Source: an uncultured virus (IMG/VR IMGVR_UViG_3300020196_000017)
Lineage: Duplodnaviria > Heunggongvirae > Uroviricota > Caudoviricetes
Length of the DNA stretch: 64,000 nt
IMG/VR virus record: IMGVR_UViG_3300020196_000017
Reading direction: 5' to 3' (one strand)
The translations under genes were made by a program, and so were the position numbers. Below are positions 45,697 to 55,348 of the stretch, piece after piece (within the stretch, counting starts at the first letter, position 1; each line of letters opens with the position of its first letter). The notes beneath the pieces are model-generated. The model saw only the letters and a list, made by a program, of their open reading frames with translations, was not told the origin of the DNA and searched no databases.

Positions 45697-47443
45697 AACT
45701 CATCTCCTTTTGTAAGGCCTCTAATGTTCGATACAGATATGGGGTTAAATCCAGTCTTGGATCCGCAGCCATCGGAAGATCCGGTGATTGCGGGTGAGGA
45801 GTCTGCATCATGCCCCCCACTAAACGAGCGAAAGAAGAATATGCATTCTGCAATTCGCCCACCATCCTGAACGGGAACCCAGATAACATCTCGGCCCGCT
45901 CCTCATCCGTCTTGGACGGGAAGAGGTATTTCAGTGCCTCAATGCTATCAACACCTAATTCCTGAAGGTTGCGCACCACAATGGAGTTGTTCAGGATGTC
46001 CTGTGTTGAATCCTCGTATACGGGACCCAACCAACGCCATTGAACAGTAATGTCACCATCGGGAATTAGCCCCAGCACCCCTGGAGGAATCTGCTGGGTT
46101 TTAACGCATGCCATCATTAATTGCTTTACTTGATCTTCAAAAGCAGTCAACGCATCTGCATAAAGCGCCAACTCGTTTTCATCAGCATTTTCGTCCGGCT
46201 CAACAGGTTTTTCAAGACCTGCTGCAGCTGCCAATGTGGTGCGGAAAATCTGCTCTTCTTGATAAATAATTAATTCAAGACAGCGACAAATGCCATACGT
46301 ATACACAGCATTTGCTTTTTTCTTTGATGTTGCCGAAACACGTCCAAATAAGGACTTGTACTCTGTTGCCGTTACACCAGCGGAAATAGACAGTTCATCA
46401 ACACCGCCCAATGCCGTACGAATTTCTTCGCGGTATTGACGAGCAAATGAATTTTGATCACCAGTAATAGCATCTGGAACAATGTAACCAACTCGATCGT
46501 TTGGTTCCAGGTTTGCAATGACTCGTGGAACACGGATTTGACCGTCAATGCCACGAGCTAAAGGATCAGATTTAAACCGAGACTGGCTTAAGCTGCCCAT
46601 CCCAGTAAAGCCTGAATTAGCTGCAATGGAAGGGCGTTGAACAACGGTGTCACCACCAGCTTCCATCAGGTCAGTCTTAGGCCTGGAAGAAAGAAGAGTA
46701 GGATTACCAAAGAACTGAACGTTCTTACGCATGGTGCGAACCATTTCGTCATGCGTAACAATGTGATTGGCGAGTGCATCAAACTCACCAAATCCTTCAG
46801 TTGAAAAGCCTTTGGGGTTATTAAAGATTTCAACACAAGGGATAAACCCTAATGTGTTACGAAATGTTTTTGTTTTACCAGGGGTTGCATAGCTGGGTTG
46901 ATCGAATGAAATTTCACCTTCCGCATGCGTTTCTTCAATCGTTTTTCTTTTGATCGAAAGTTTGATATAACGTCGCGCACCTTGATTAATCGTGGCTGGA
47001 CCTGTCAATTTGGTTGCCGCAATATCTTGATCAAACCCAATACCACGACGAACTTTATAGCTGTAGATAATTACGACTTCGTCCAGTTCTCCATCGATGT
47101 TGTAATACGTCCGATACTCATGTTTGCGGAAGTAATACATTCTGTAATTACTGTCCGTGGGACGGATATAAAAAAGTCCTTGTCCGTCACAAAGAAAATA
47201 ATCCCAGACTGAATCTAAGCGTGTATCAATTTGATTGTACTTAAGAACGCGAGTGACAAAGTCCTTGCGTTGATTCCCAAAATTATCTTGCGCTGGAAAA
47301 AACTCAACCCCTTGGCGAATGCCAAAAAGTTTCATTTGTGCTAAATGAGACGCAATGACCCCAGTATCGACCATTGCGCTACCGTCTCGTTCCAGGTAGG
47401 CGTCAATGATTTCTTTTAAGCGAGATTTTGCGTCAGCAGCCAT
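45095..47443 (-). CDS. putative portal protein with long C-terminal extension
   Basis: 782-aa ORF between TerL and scaffold/MCP; function assigned from synteny and size. Confidence 0.65.
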   Translation of the reverse strand: MAADAKSRLKEIIDAYLERDGSAMVDTGVIASHLAQMKLFGIRQGVEFFPAQDNFGNQRKDFVTRVLKYNQIDTRLDSVWDYFLCDGQGLFYIRPTDSNYRMYYFRKHEYRTYYNIDGELDEVVIIYSYKVRRGIGFDQDIAATKLTGPATINQGARRYIKLSIKRKTIEETHAEGEISFDQPSYATPGKTKTFRNTLGFIPCVEIFNNPKGFSTEGFGEFDALANHIVTHDEMVRTMRKNVQFFGNPTLLSSRPKTDLMEAGGDTVVQRPSIAANSGFTGMGSLSQSRFKSDPLARGIDGQIRVPRVIANLEPNDRVGYIVPDAITGDQNSFARQYREEIRTALGGVDELSISAGVTATEYKSLFGRVSATSKKKANAVYTYGICRCLELIIYQEEQIFRTTLAAAAGLEKPVEPDENADENELALYADALTAFEDQVKQLMMACVKTQQIPPGVLGLIPDGDITVQWRWLGPVYEDSTQDILNNSIVVRNLQELGVDSIEALKYLFPSKTDEERAEMLSGFPFRMVGELQNAYSSFARLVGGMMQTPHPQSPDLPMAADPRLDLTPYLYRTLEALQKEMSYAGRYRPIDPTDEPSTRSRRSEQLRGGSSATGSLPGSGAVSGGYQLPPSGAAGGPQLPISPYSVRPPIPDDLGNYLESVGIGVQQGGESAERTSPIPVPGSTLAADDSVFPGELRPTSQRPSYATIGSADLASQPGLIAQLFPNLVSSLLGGARGPVGNEPGQPPSNGRVRNRGTRPSEQLRPESGGNAGQRRRVGKPRR

Positions 47444-47479
47444 TAACTATTACGGGTCCAGGGTCACTCTAGGTTTATT

Positions 47480-47662
47480 TTACTCTTCTTCTACTTCATA
47501 ACCAGCAGGGTCATTGACTTTTGTCAAGATGACTCCATTGCTTTTTATATCCCAATTCAGTACATCGCCTTCTTGCCAGCCCAGCTCTTCCATCAGTTCA
47601 TCGGGAAACGTAAGAAAAAGCTCTCCGTTGTCGTCTTCTTCTACTTCAAGGATGTAGCTCAT
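47480..47662 (-). CDS. AbrB/MazE/SpoVT-like small DNA-binding protein
   Basis: LFLTFPDELMEELGWQEGDVLNW. Confidence 0.7.
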   Translation of the reverse strand: MSYILEVEEDDNGELFLTFPDELMEELGWQEGDVLNWDIKSNGVILTKVNDPAGYEVEEE

Positions 47663-47952
47663 TTGGTCAAAAGCTTTTCCATAAGCTTATCAAGTTTAAT
47701 GTTGATTTGTTTAAAGTGGTCTTGCATTTCTTGAATTTCTCTTAAAAAGTCAACTTTTAACACATATTCCAGAGGGAGGCGGTTCACTTGGTGTTCCACT
47801 GAATTAACACGGTTTTCCTGGAGGTCAATAATTCTATTTAAATCCCGAATTTTTTCGTAAAATCTATTCAAAATTTTATTTGCTGTCCATACGCCGCCCG
47901 TGACCGACGAAGCAATGACGGTAGCAAGCAGCGCTAAATACTCTGGACCCAT
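47659..47952 (-). CDS. membrane-anchored coiled-coil protein
   Basis: N-terminal hydrophobic helix; YVLKVDF...INIKLDKL. Confidence 0.6.
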   Translation of the reverse strand: MGPEYLALLATVIASSVTGGVWTANKILNRFYEKIRDLNRIIDLQENRVNSVEHQVNRLPLEYVLKVDFLREIQEMQDHFKQINIKLDKLMEKLLTK

Positions 47953-47983
47953 GTCTGTAAAACTTTTTTTTCAATTCTAAGAT

Positions 47984-49510
47984 CTAGAAATCAAGTTGAA
48001 GTTGTCCTTTTCTAGCAAGACCGGTCACCAACCAAACAAGCGCATCTACACAGTCGTCGTGACTGCTTACGCCAAAGTTTGTAAGCTCTTCAAACATATT
48101 GGTGAAGTTGCGGTAACGATTAAAAACAATCTTGCGGTCTTCAAACATACCAATAATCCCACGGAATCGAGCTAATTTATCCGCTCGGAATCCCTTAACG
48201 GGATGCCAAATTAAATTGTACAAACCCTCATTACTTAAGCAAATACGTTTAAAGTCTGCTTCCAGAGATGCCTGATACTGTACAGCTTCACTCCAAATAT
48301 CGCACGTCGAATAAGTCGGAAAATAGTTACCGTTTTCGTCCTTACCTACCACAGACCAATCATTAAGCAATTCTTTAAGGGCATCCAATTTTTCAAGATT
48401 ACCCATGACACGAATACGGCGGTAATCAATAATATGAATGCGATCTCCAATACGACCGCCAAGAACCATTACGGTGTAATCATTCTTTTCTCTGACTCCA
48501 GCAGATAAGTCAACCCCAATACCAAGTGCATCAAATTCTGTAGAAATTTCGGCTTTAACGATTAATTCTGGTGCAAGAGACAATTCATTTTGTCGAATAA
48601 TTTGATTCATGTACTGGAACGAAAAAGCAATAGGTGCTTGTCGTTTCTTTTCTTTTAGATACTCCAGAGACCACATCTCTGGCCAATACGACAATTCATC
48701 TCCTGTTTTGGGATCAGTCAGAATTGCAGAAAGAACAATTTGCGACCAATTGTTTTGATCGTTAAATGTTGTGGCATGAATGTCATCATGCCGGAAACGT
48801 GTACCAAGACAGACTGCGCGACCACCTTCGAACATCGTTGGTGCAATCACAGCATTCCAGTTATCCTGCATCATCTTTCTGATGTCAGGATTTGAAATGT
48901 CAGCAGCTGATTTGATAGGGTCATCAATGATTACCAAGTGAGAACGCTTGGATGTCACTGAACCTTTAAGGCCTGCCGCACAAAGAGTAAATTGTTCATC
49001 ACCTGTTACGTCAATGCCAGCAAATTTATGATCGATTGACCAATATTCATTGCTGGTGACGTTTTTTAAAAGACGTACAGAGGGAAAAACTTCTTGATAC
49101 CGTTTGCTTTCAATAATTCGTTTAATAGTTGCTGATTTAGAACGCGCAATATCAACCGTGTAAGACAAGTAAAGAATCTGTAACGGAAGCTTAGCTTGAG
49201 TGTGAATACCAATAGCCCATGCAGTAAATAAACCAAGGACTGTTGATTTAGCCGAACCCCTGGGGCCAAGAAGATCTACGTTTGGACCAGCAATTTTAAT
49301 AAGGCACGAACTATCTTGATCTGTTACAAAGTGATGATGCCATTCTTTGTGATGCCGAGCAGGGGGTTTGTCTGCGACGTACTCACAAAAATAACCAAAG
49401 TCTTCGCGAGCCTTCTTAAGATCAGTTTCGTTTTTAGGAACTTTGATCTGGTGATTACGCGCAGCCGCTTTTGCGTTGCGCCGATACGCGAGATGAACGT
49501 AAGAAGGCAC
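47984..49510 (-). CDS. terL: terminase large subunit
   Basis: Walker A GPRGSAKST, Walker B VIIDDP, GTRF, nuclease GVDLS and HDDCVDA. Confidence 0.9.
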   Translation of the reverse strand: MPSYVHLAYRRNAKAAARNHQIKVPKNETDLKKAREDFGYFCEYVADKPPARHHKEWHHHFVTDQDSSCLIKIAGPNVDLLGPRGSAKSTVLGLFTAWAIGIHTQAKLPLQILYLSYTVDIARSKSATIKRIIESKRYQEVFPSVRLLKNVTSNEYWSIDHKFAGIDVTGDEQFTLCAAGLKGSVTSKRSHLVIIDDPIKSAADISNPDIRKMMQDNWNAVIAPTMFEGGRAVCLGTRFRHDDIHATTFNDQNNWSQIVLSAILTDPKTGDELSYWPEMWSLEYLKEKKRQAPIAFSFQYMNQIIRQNELSLAPELIVKAEISTEFDALGIGVDLSAGVREKNDYTVMVLGGRIGDRIHIIDYRRIRVMGNLEKLDALKELLNDWSVVGKDENGNYFPTYSTCDIWSEAVQYQASLEADFKRICLSNEGLYNLIWHPVKGFRADKLARFRGIIGMFEDRKIVFNRYRNFTNMFEELTNFGVSSHDDCVDALVWLVTGLARKGQLQLDF

Positions 49511-49537
49511 AGAACTAAATCAGAGTATTGCTAAATA

Positions 49538-50908
49538 CTAACCGAATACGGCTTGCTGTCTGAACGGATCTTCTGATTGAGCTTGGCGACGATACTCTTT
49601 AGACGCCGCACTGGCTGCCTTTGCTTTCTGTGGATCGTACTCAGATTGAAATGCACCCTGTGCTTTTTGTTCTTCTGAAGTTTTTGCTGCAGTAGCAATT
49701 GCAGTTTCGAACTGTTGATCTTCTGGAGCGGTGGACAAACCAGGACCCGTTTGAGGAGATCTATCAAATGGATTTTGAATCATATAGCCTTCACCTGGTT
49801 TAAATTTTGATCCAGGTGTAATAAGGGGCATGATATTACTTGGATGGTACGAACCAGGAGGCCTATCCATGCCCCTTGGGCCAAGGTTTGAAGAAGGTGC
49901 CTGAGCAATCAGCTCACCTCTTGGGCCTTTGGAAGAAGACCAATCAACTGCTTCACCTTTTGCTTGATCTAACAACTTGTTTTCAAATTCTTCAATTTTT
50001 TCTTCTGATTGCATATTCGCTTGTTCTTTTTCCCACAAGATAGAATACGCATTTTGCACTTTCTCGGAAGCACGTCTTTGACGATAATCTTCTCGTCCAA
50101 CATTTTCTAAACCGTATTGTTGAACTTCGTAATCTTCAGGAGTTGCTGCACGATCAAAGTAAGAATAATTTCCTTCTACCAGGGGTATTTCAAACCCCAT
50201 TTCAACTAACTGTTGTCTGTAAGCTGCACGAGATGGAGCATCTGCCGTACTTTTATATTTAGCATTTTCTAAAGGAGTTTTGTAAAGCTGTTCAAATAAA
50301 GCAGTTCGTTGTTGTGAAGCAGCATTATATCGATCCATATAAGTGGACATATCTCCACCCGTAGGATATGGCGCCAACCTGTCTGCGGCTTCTGCATAAC
50401 GTTTATACAATTTACTGCCTAAGCTATATCCTAAATTTTCTCGCGAAAAGTAACCTCCGTATTCTCCATACGCAGGAGAATAATAAACATTTGGAGTGAT
50501 GTAATTAGTTGCCGGAACTTCTGCGTAATAACCTTCTGCTGTTTTTTGTAATGCTGGCGATGGTTTTTGATTTGCTTTAACTTGCTCCAGGGCTTGTTTA
50601 TAAACCCTTTCGGCTCTTTGTTCTGGAGTCTCTTTAGGCGCTTTAGGTTTTGGAGGTGGTTCAACAACCGATCTTTGAACTAAGTCGGGAGAAACAGAAG
50701 CCAGAGTTCCGCTGCTGCGTTGCAAATCATATGTTTGCGTAGCAAGAGCTTTTTGAGGATCTCCTCCAGCGCTTGCTAAAGGTACATAAGCACCCCTGGG
50801 CAAAAAAGGATTCGCACCTGGTTTTGCATTGGGATTATTCCTATACCACTCGGCAGGTCTTATGCCATACGTTTTGTGAATCCAGTTATATAAATTTTCG
50901 TTAACCAT
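49538..50908 (-). CDS. hypothetical protein
   Basis: 456-aa ORF. Confidence 0.65.
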   Translation of the reverse strand: MVNENLYNWIHKTYGIRPAEWYRNNPNAKPGANPFLPRGAYVPLASAGGDPQKALATQTYDLQRSSGTLASVSPDLVQRSVVEPPPKPKAPKETPEQRAERVYKQALEQVKANQKPSPALQKTAEGYYAEVPATNYITPNVYYSPAYGEYGGYFSRENLGYSLGSKLYKRYAEAADRLAPYPTGGDMSTYMDRYNAASQQRTALFEQLYKTPLENAKYKSTADAPSRAAYRQQLVEMGFEIPLVEGNYSYFDRAATPEDYEVQQYGLENVGREDYRQRRASEKVQNAYSILWEKEQANMQSEEKIEEFENKLLDQAKGEAVDWSSSKGPRGELIAQAPSSNLGPRGMDRPPGSYHPSNIMPLITPGSKFKPGEGYMIQNPFDRSPQTGPGLSTAPEDQQFETAIATAAKTSEEQKAQGAFQSEYDPQKAKAASAASKEYRRQAQSEDPFRQQAVFG

Positions 50909-50917
50909 TGTTCTGTT

Positions 50918-51073
50918 TTACTTCTTTTTGTTTTTTTGCTCTTGATATTTACGAGCTTTATCTAATGCAGCTTTGCGTTTTTCTTTATCGGACATTTCAG
51001 TCCCATCTTCTTTTTTAGCTTCTTTCTTCTTGAAATGCTCAAGAAGTTGAGGCGGCATCTTACCCTTAGCCAT
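50918..51073 (-). CDS. small Lys-rich protein (51 aa)
   Basis: MAKGKMPPQLLEHFKKKEAKK...; TGATG-coupled. Confidence 0.6.
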   Translation of the reverse strand: MAKGKMPPQLLEHFKKKEAKKEDGTEMSDKEKRKAALDKARKYQEQKNKKK

Positions 51074-51411
51074 CAGCGCTGAACCATTTGACGAATGCGA
51101 TCAACCATCGCCTGGTAATCCGGCGTACCTTGCTCGGGCATGCGACGTGCACGACCAGGACCAAACACAATGCCTGGACTTAATTGAACGGGGCCTGGAT
51201 TTTGGAATCCAGCGCGAGTGGCAGGAGAAGGAAAAGGAGCAACAGGCGCTTCACCTTTAGCTGCTTGTGCGAACACTGCTTCAGCTCCTTCAGGACTTTC
51301 TTGCTGCTGCACTTCTTGTGCGCGTTGGCCAATAGCAGCACGACGCTGACGAATACCTTCAGCTGCTAAAGCTCGCTCATTAGGCCCCATGCCACGAGTT
51401 TCTGCACCCAT
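51073..51411 (-). CDS. hypothetical protein
   Basis: 112-aa ORF. Confidence 0.55.
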   Translation of the reverse strand: MGAETRGMGPNERALAAEGIRQRRAAIGQRAQEVQQQESPEGAEAVFAQAAKGEAPVAPFPSPATRAGFQNPGPVQLSPGIVFGPGRARRMPEQGTPDYQAMVDRIRQMVQR

Positions 51412-51447
51412 TTCTATTAAGAATTCTTTATAAGTATCTTAGCTTAA

Positions 51448-52065
51448 TTATTCTTCAAGTTGCATTCGAGCCCATACGCTCATCGATGCTTCCTGCAAGG
51501 GACCCTCAATCGGATCATCTTTAAAAATAAACATTAACTCACGAATAGCTCTATCTGCTCCAGCCATCAGCAAGCCTTTTCGATCCTTGGAAGAAGTAAA
51601 CGACTCTACTTGAGCAATAGTCCCCCGGAGTTCTTTTTCCATTGCCGCAATACGTGCTACACCCGCATCACGTTTAACACCAAAATTTTCAATGTCTTCA
51701 CGGAGTTTGCGAATATCTTCCTGCATCTCACCAATCTCCATAAGGAGTGTTTTACGGTGATCAGGCTTTTTGTAATGCTGTTTAATCCAAGATTCACACG
51801 AAACAATGCTCCCCTGGTAACCAAGGAAGCGAGCATATAGATAGCTTTCAATTACCGAATAATTATCGGATGCAAAAGCACAGAAAGCTTCTTGGGTTGA
51901 ACTATCGAGATTATCGACCCACTGGTCAAATAGCTCAATATCGATAAGCTCGTTGGGCCTGCGCGTAATCTCGTGCTTCGTCTTGTTGGCGGAACTCTTG
52001 CTGTTGCTCAGCGGAAGTTCGCTGTTCGGTTGCACCTTTACCGATGGTTTCACGCTCTTGCTCAC
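51448..52065 (-). CDS. hypothetical coiled-coil phage protein (start uncertain)
   Basis: Protein-like sequence from ELIDIELFDQW onward; 5' part overlaps the upstream gene. Confidence 0.6.
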   Translation of the reverse strand: MSKSVKPSVKVQPNSELPLSNSKSSANKTKHEITRRPNELIDIELFDQWVDNLDSSTQEAFCAFASDNYSVIESYLYARFLGYQGSIVSCESWIKQHYKKPDHRKTLLMEIGEMQEDIRKLREDIENFGVKRDAGVARIAAMEKELRGTIAQVESFTSSKDRKGLLMAGADRAIRELMFIFKDDPIEGPLQEASMSVWARMQLEE

Positions 52066-52183
52066 CAGCAGTCTCCATTTTCTTTTTGGAAAATTCGTAA
52101 GCCACGCCAGCCGCTTGACGATATTTGTCTAGGTCAAACCAATCGTCAACGTCTACTTGTCCAACAGGAACGGAACTGGTCAT
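51935..52183 (-). CDS. small hypothetical protein
   Basis: MTSSVPVGQVDVDDWFDLDKY; N-terminus resembles the upstream 58-aa ORF. Confidence 0.6.
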   Translation of the reverse strand: MTSSVPVGQVDVDDWFDLDKYRQAAGVAYEFSKKKMETAGEQERETIGKGATEQRTSAEQQQEFRQQDEARDYAQAQRAYRY

Positions 52184-52208
52184 GGCTTATAAATCTTACA
52201 AGAAAAAA

Positions 52209-52385
52209 TCAGAAGTTGCTCATCATTTGAGCAAGGCCAGTAGCAAAGATGTCACGACGACTTTCCAGGGACTTTTGCCGTTGTTGACGACCCTTGGGGG
52301 CTTCAAGACGCTCAAGCAGCTGCTCAAACTTATTGATATCAAAGTAATCTTCTGCCGTGGATTGGCCGACCGGGGTGGAAGTCAT
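52209..52385 (-). CDS. small hypothetical protein (58 aa)
   Basis: MTSTPVGQSTAEDYFDINKFEQLL...; TATAAT at 52408-52413. Confidence 0.6.
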   Translation of the reverse strand: MTSTPVGQSTAEDYFDINKFEQLLERLEAPKGRQQRQKSLESRRDIFATGLAQMMSNF

Positions 52386-52427
52386 TGGTGTTTAACTCAC
52401 TGAAATAATTATATCAAGCAATATTTA

Positions 52428-53315
52428 TCAGAAACTAAAGGAGCCGACCAGTGTCTGATAAATATTGCCTTGAGATTGTACTTTGGCGAGTTCTTTGGAC
52501 CCTTCATTTTTTAACTTTTGGGTTTCTTTGTCAATCTCGCCTTGTAAGTTTGTCAAGCCAGCACTATACAAATACTGCCGGGTGTCGCGAACATTTTGTA
52601 ATTGCTGTTCAATTTCTGCTGGAGTACCAGTGAATTGATCACCAAACTCAGGAGTTGCAATTTTAGTCCGTCCAGCAATATCTCCTGAATACGCAGGAAG
52701 AAGTGTCTTATCAAATTTAAAAGTGCGCTTACCAGTACGATCACCAGCTTCGTCGGTAGTTTGCTTACCGAACATAGTGTCGTAATAGTTATCTAAATAA
52801 CTTTGATTAAATTTCTTTTGATATTCAGCACTCTTGGTAAGAGAACTCTTGAGATCTTCAACGTTGGAATAATATCCCTGGTTAAAGCGCTCCAGGGCTT
52901 TTGTTTGTTCTTCTTCTGTAGCTTGACGACCAAGAAGTTCTTCATACGCAGCAGACACACCAGTCTTTCTACGTTGAGGAAGAAGCTCTTGCGTATAAAT
53001 ATTCGTTAAACGAGAAATGTCCTCTTCTGGAGGAGTAATGTCATATCGTGACGCATAATCACGAAGTTGAGAAGTAACATCACCGTACCCTACAAGACCT
53101 TGACGCAGTTGTGATTCAAGACCACGAACAAGACCTGAGTAACCAGCGGCACCAGAAGCTTTCCGCGCTTCTTCTTTTGCCTTTGCCTCTGCACGTTCCT
53201 GTGCCGCACGTGATTCAGCAGCAGCTTCTTTCTGTTGTTGATATTGAAGAAACTTCTCAAAACTATCATCCTTAGGGATGGGAGTTGGAGTGTAATTAAC
53301 AGAAGTACCGCCCAT
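52428..53315 (-). CDS. putative internal virion protein
   Basis: 295-aa helical ORF in a Gln/Ala-rich cluster. Confidence 0.6.
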   Translation of the reverse strand: MGGTSVNYTPTPIPKDDSFEKFLQYQQQKEAAAESRAAQERAEAKAKEEARKASGAAGYSGLVRGLESQLRQGLVGYGDVTSQLRDYASRYDITPPEEDISRLTNIYTQELLPQRRKTGVSAAYEELLGRQATEEEQTKALERFNQGYYSNVEDLKSSLTKSAEYQKKFNQSYLDNYYDTMFGKQTTDEAGDRTGKRTFKFDKTLLPAYSGDIAGRTKIATPEFGDQFTGTPAEIEQQLQNVRDTRQYLYSAGLTNLQGEIDKETQKLKNEGSKELAKVQSQGNIYQTLVGSFSF

Positions 53316-53317
53316 GG

Positions 53318-53905
53318 TTAAATATTAGTGAAACGACGACTAAAAGCAGTAGGACCAAACATTCCCTCCATTTTGGCGGCTTCTTGAAAACCTGTACGTT
53401 TCATATTAAGCAAATTTTCAAACAACGCAGCCTCTTTGGATTCAGGAGAGATACGGGCAAGTCTTTCACGACGAGACCGTTCGGACATCAAAGCAGTTTC
53501 TTGTGGGGCAAGTTCACTAAAAGCAGTTTGAAGCGCACGGCGTTGACGAGCTTCTTCTATATCAGATCCAGTGGTGGCTTGGAAAAGAGGCCCCCACATT
53601 CCCATGCCCATCTGGGCTTTGGCAGTATCTCGACCAATCTGAACGTCGGAAAGGCGTTTTGCATCAGCAGCTGCAAACTGAGCTTGTGCTGCGCTTGCGG
53701 CACTTTGCGCTCCCATGATTCCGCCAAAAAGACTGGAACCAATTCCGAATACACCTAGGCCAAGAGTTAATGGATCCATGCCGCTTTTTAACAGATTCCC
53801 ACTATTGAAACTATTTGATTCTCCACCGCCAAAACTAAAGCGAACGTCTTTTAACCGAGGATCGGCTTGTAGTTGTCCTTCTCCAGTTCCGTAGTATGCG
53901 GCCAT
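53318..53905 (-). CDS. putative DNA-ejection / internal virion protein
   Basis: MDPLTLGLGVFGIGSSLFGGIMGAQSA-type Gly-rich hydrophobic segment followed by an Ala/Gln helix. Confidence 0.6.
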   Translation of the reverse strand: MAAYYGTGEGQLQADPRLKDVRFSFGGGESNSFNSGNLLKSGMDPLTLGLGVFGIGSSLFGGIMGAQSAASAAQAQFAAADAKRLSDVQIGRDTAKAQMGMGMWGPLFQATTGSDIEEARQRRALQTAFSELAPQETALMSERSRRERLARISPESKEAALFENLLNMKRTGFQEAAKMEGMFGPTAFSRRFTNI

Positions 53906-53914
53906 GAATTCATT

Positions 53915-54376
53915 TTAACCTGTATAGCTTCCGTAATATTTAGTCGGTTGAAAATTATATCCAGGTGTTTGGATATTCATGCCATATTGCTGTGGCTGTG
54001 CGTAAATATTGGCTACGTTTCCAGCAGCTGCAAGTTGAAGAGCAGCTTGCGCACCAAATGCGTTTGCAATTGATTGAGGAATGGTTTTAAACAAGGCACC
54101 ATATTTAGCGCCTTCACGCATACTTTCTAAACCAATTTTTTGTGCCCGTTCTGCCCGACGACCTTCAAACTCTTCAAAACGTTGCAGTTCTTCTTGAGTA
54201 GGTAATGCTGTTTGGCTACGACCAATATTTGAAAACACATCACCCAAGGCTTGTGTTTCAATTAGATTTTTTAAAGTTCCTGCACGTTCTTTCTCAGGAA
54301 GCAAGCCAAGCATTTGCTGAACCTGCGGAGGCAGCCCAGGGATTTTTTGTTGGAAAGAACCGGCAAGTTCTGGCAT
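53915..54376 (-). CDS. putative internal virion protein
   Basis: 153-aa Gln/Ala-rich ORF. Confidence 0.55.
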   Translation of the reverse strand: MPELAGSFQQKIPGLPPQVQQMLGLLPEKERAGTLKNLIETQALGDVFSNIGRSQTALPTQEELQRFEEFEGRRAERAQKIGLESMREGAKYGALFKTIPQSIANAFGAQAALQLAAAGNVANIYAQPQQYGMNIQTPGYNFQPTKYYGSYTG

Positions 54377-54389
54377 TTTATTTCTCCAA

Positions 54390-55328
54390 TCAGAAGCTAA
54401 TGCTGGGGGCTTGCATTACGGCGCCAGCGTAGGGACTTTGGCTAATGGCTGTACGGAATGTTGCACCACGCTCTTGCTGACCTTCGCGAGCCAACGCACC
54501 CATGGTGGCTTGACGCCCAAGAGTCTGATAAGCAGACGTTTGAGAAGCAAGTAAAGCCTGCTGATTAACAAGTTGACTACGCTGCAAACGCTCAATAAGA
54601 GGAAGTTGAGCTTTCTGCATTTGAAGCTCTTGTTGCATTTGGAATTGCAACATCTCTTTATCAAGAGCAAGCCCCGCTTGACCCATGCGAGTTGCTTGCT
54701 GAACAGCGTAATCTAAATCACGACGCCGAGTCTGTTCTTCTGCAGCAGCAGGAGTAACAGGAATTTCACCAAACGGAGTAGGAATTGAGATTGCCGGACC
54801 CGTAGGACGCTCGCCAGCAGTCGTTGCCTGTGGAGTGGGTTGTCCTTGAGGAGTAACACCACGCACCTGTTGAACGCCAGCGGCAGCAGCTTGTTGGACA
54901 CCACCACCAACGAGAGCAGGCACCGCAAACCGAAGACCCATCCCCAGTGCTTTAGCTGGACCAGGGCCTGCAATTAAACCTTGAGTTGCTGCCGTCACAA
55001 GCGGGTTAGCAACTGCACCAGCGGTAAGACCAATCGGAGCAGAAATTGCAGCACTTAACGGATCACCGCCCATGGCAGTACCAAGTGCACCAAAAAGAGC
55101 ACCTGATTTGCCGCCACCAGCACCGCGATACTGTCCGGCTTGATTAACAAACATGCCGCCAGGTTGCGTAGGAAGTTCCAGCAGCTCCTGCACTGCAGCT
55201 TGCTGAGCTTGCTGACCCCTGGCACCCATTAATTCACCAAGGCGGCGTTGGTAGTAACGAGAACGTGCCCCCAGCATTGTCGTGGGGTCATCCAGGGGAT
55301 TCAACCTGGGGCTGGGACCTTCAGCCAT
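54390..55328 (-). CDS. putative DNA-ejection / internal virion protein
   Basis: Gly/Ala hydrophobic core followed by a Gln-rich coiled coil. Confidence 0.6.
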   Translation of the reverse strand: MAEGPSPRLNPLDDPTTMLGARSRYYQRRLGELMGARGQQAQQAAVQELLELPTQPGGMFVNQAGQYRGAGGGKSGALFGALGTAMGGDPLSAAISAPIGLTAGAVANPLVTAATQGLIAGPGPAKALGMGLRFAVPALVGGGVQQAAAAGVQQVRGVTPQGQPTPQATTAGERPTGPAISIPTPFGEIPVTPAAAEEQTRRRDLDYAVQQATRMGQAGLALDKEMLQFQMQQELQMQKAQLPLIERLQRSQLVNQQALLASQTSAYQTLGRQATMGALAREGQQERGATFRTAISQSPYAGAVMQAPSISF

Positions 55329-55348
55329 ATCTGAGTATATCTATATGT

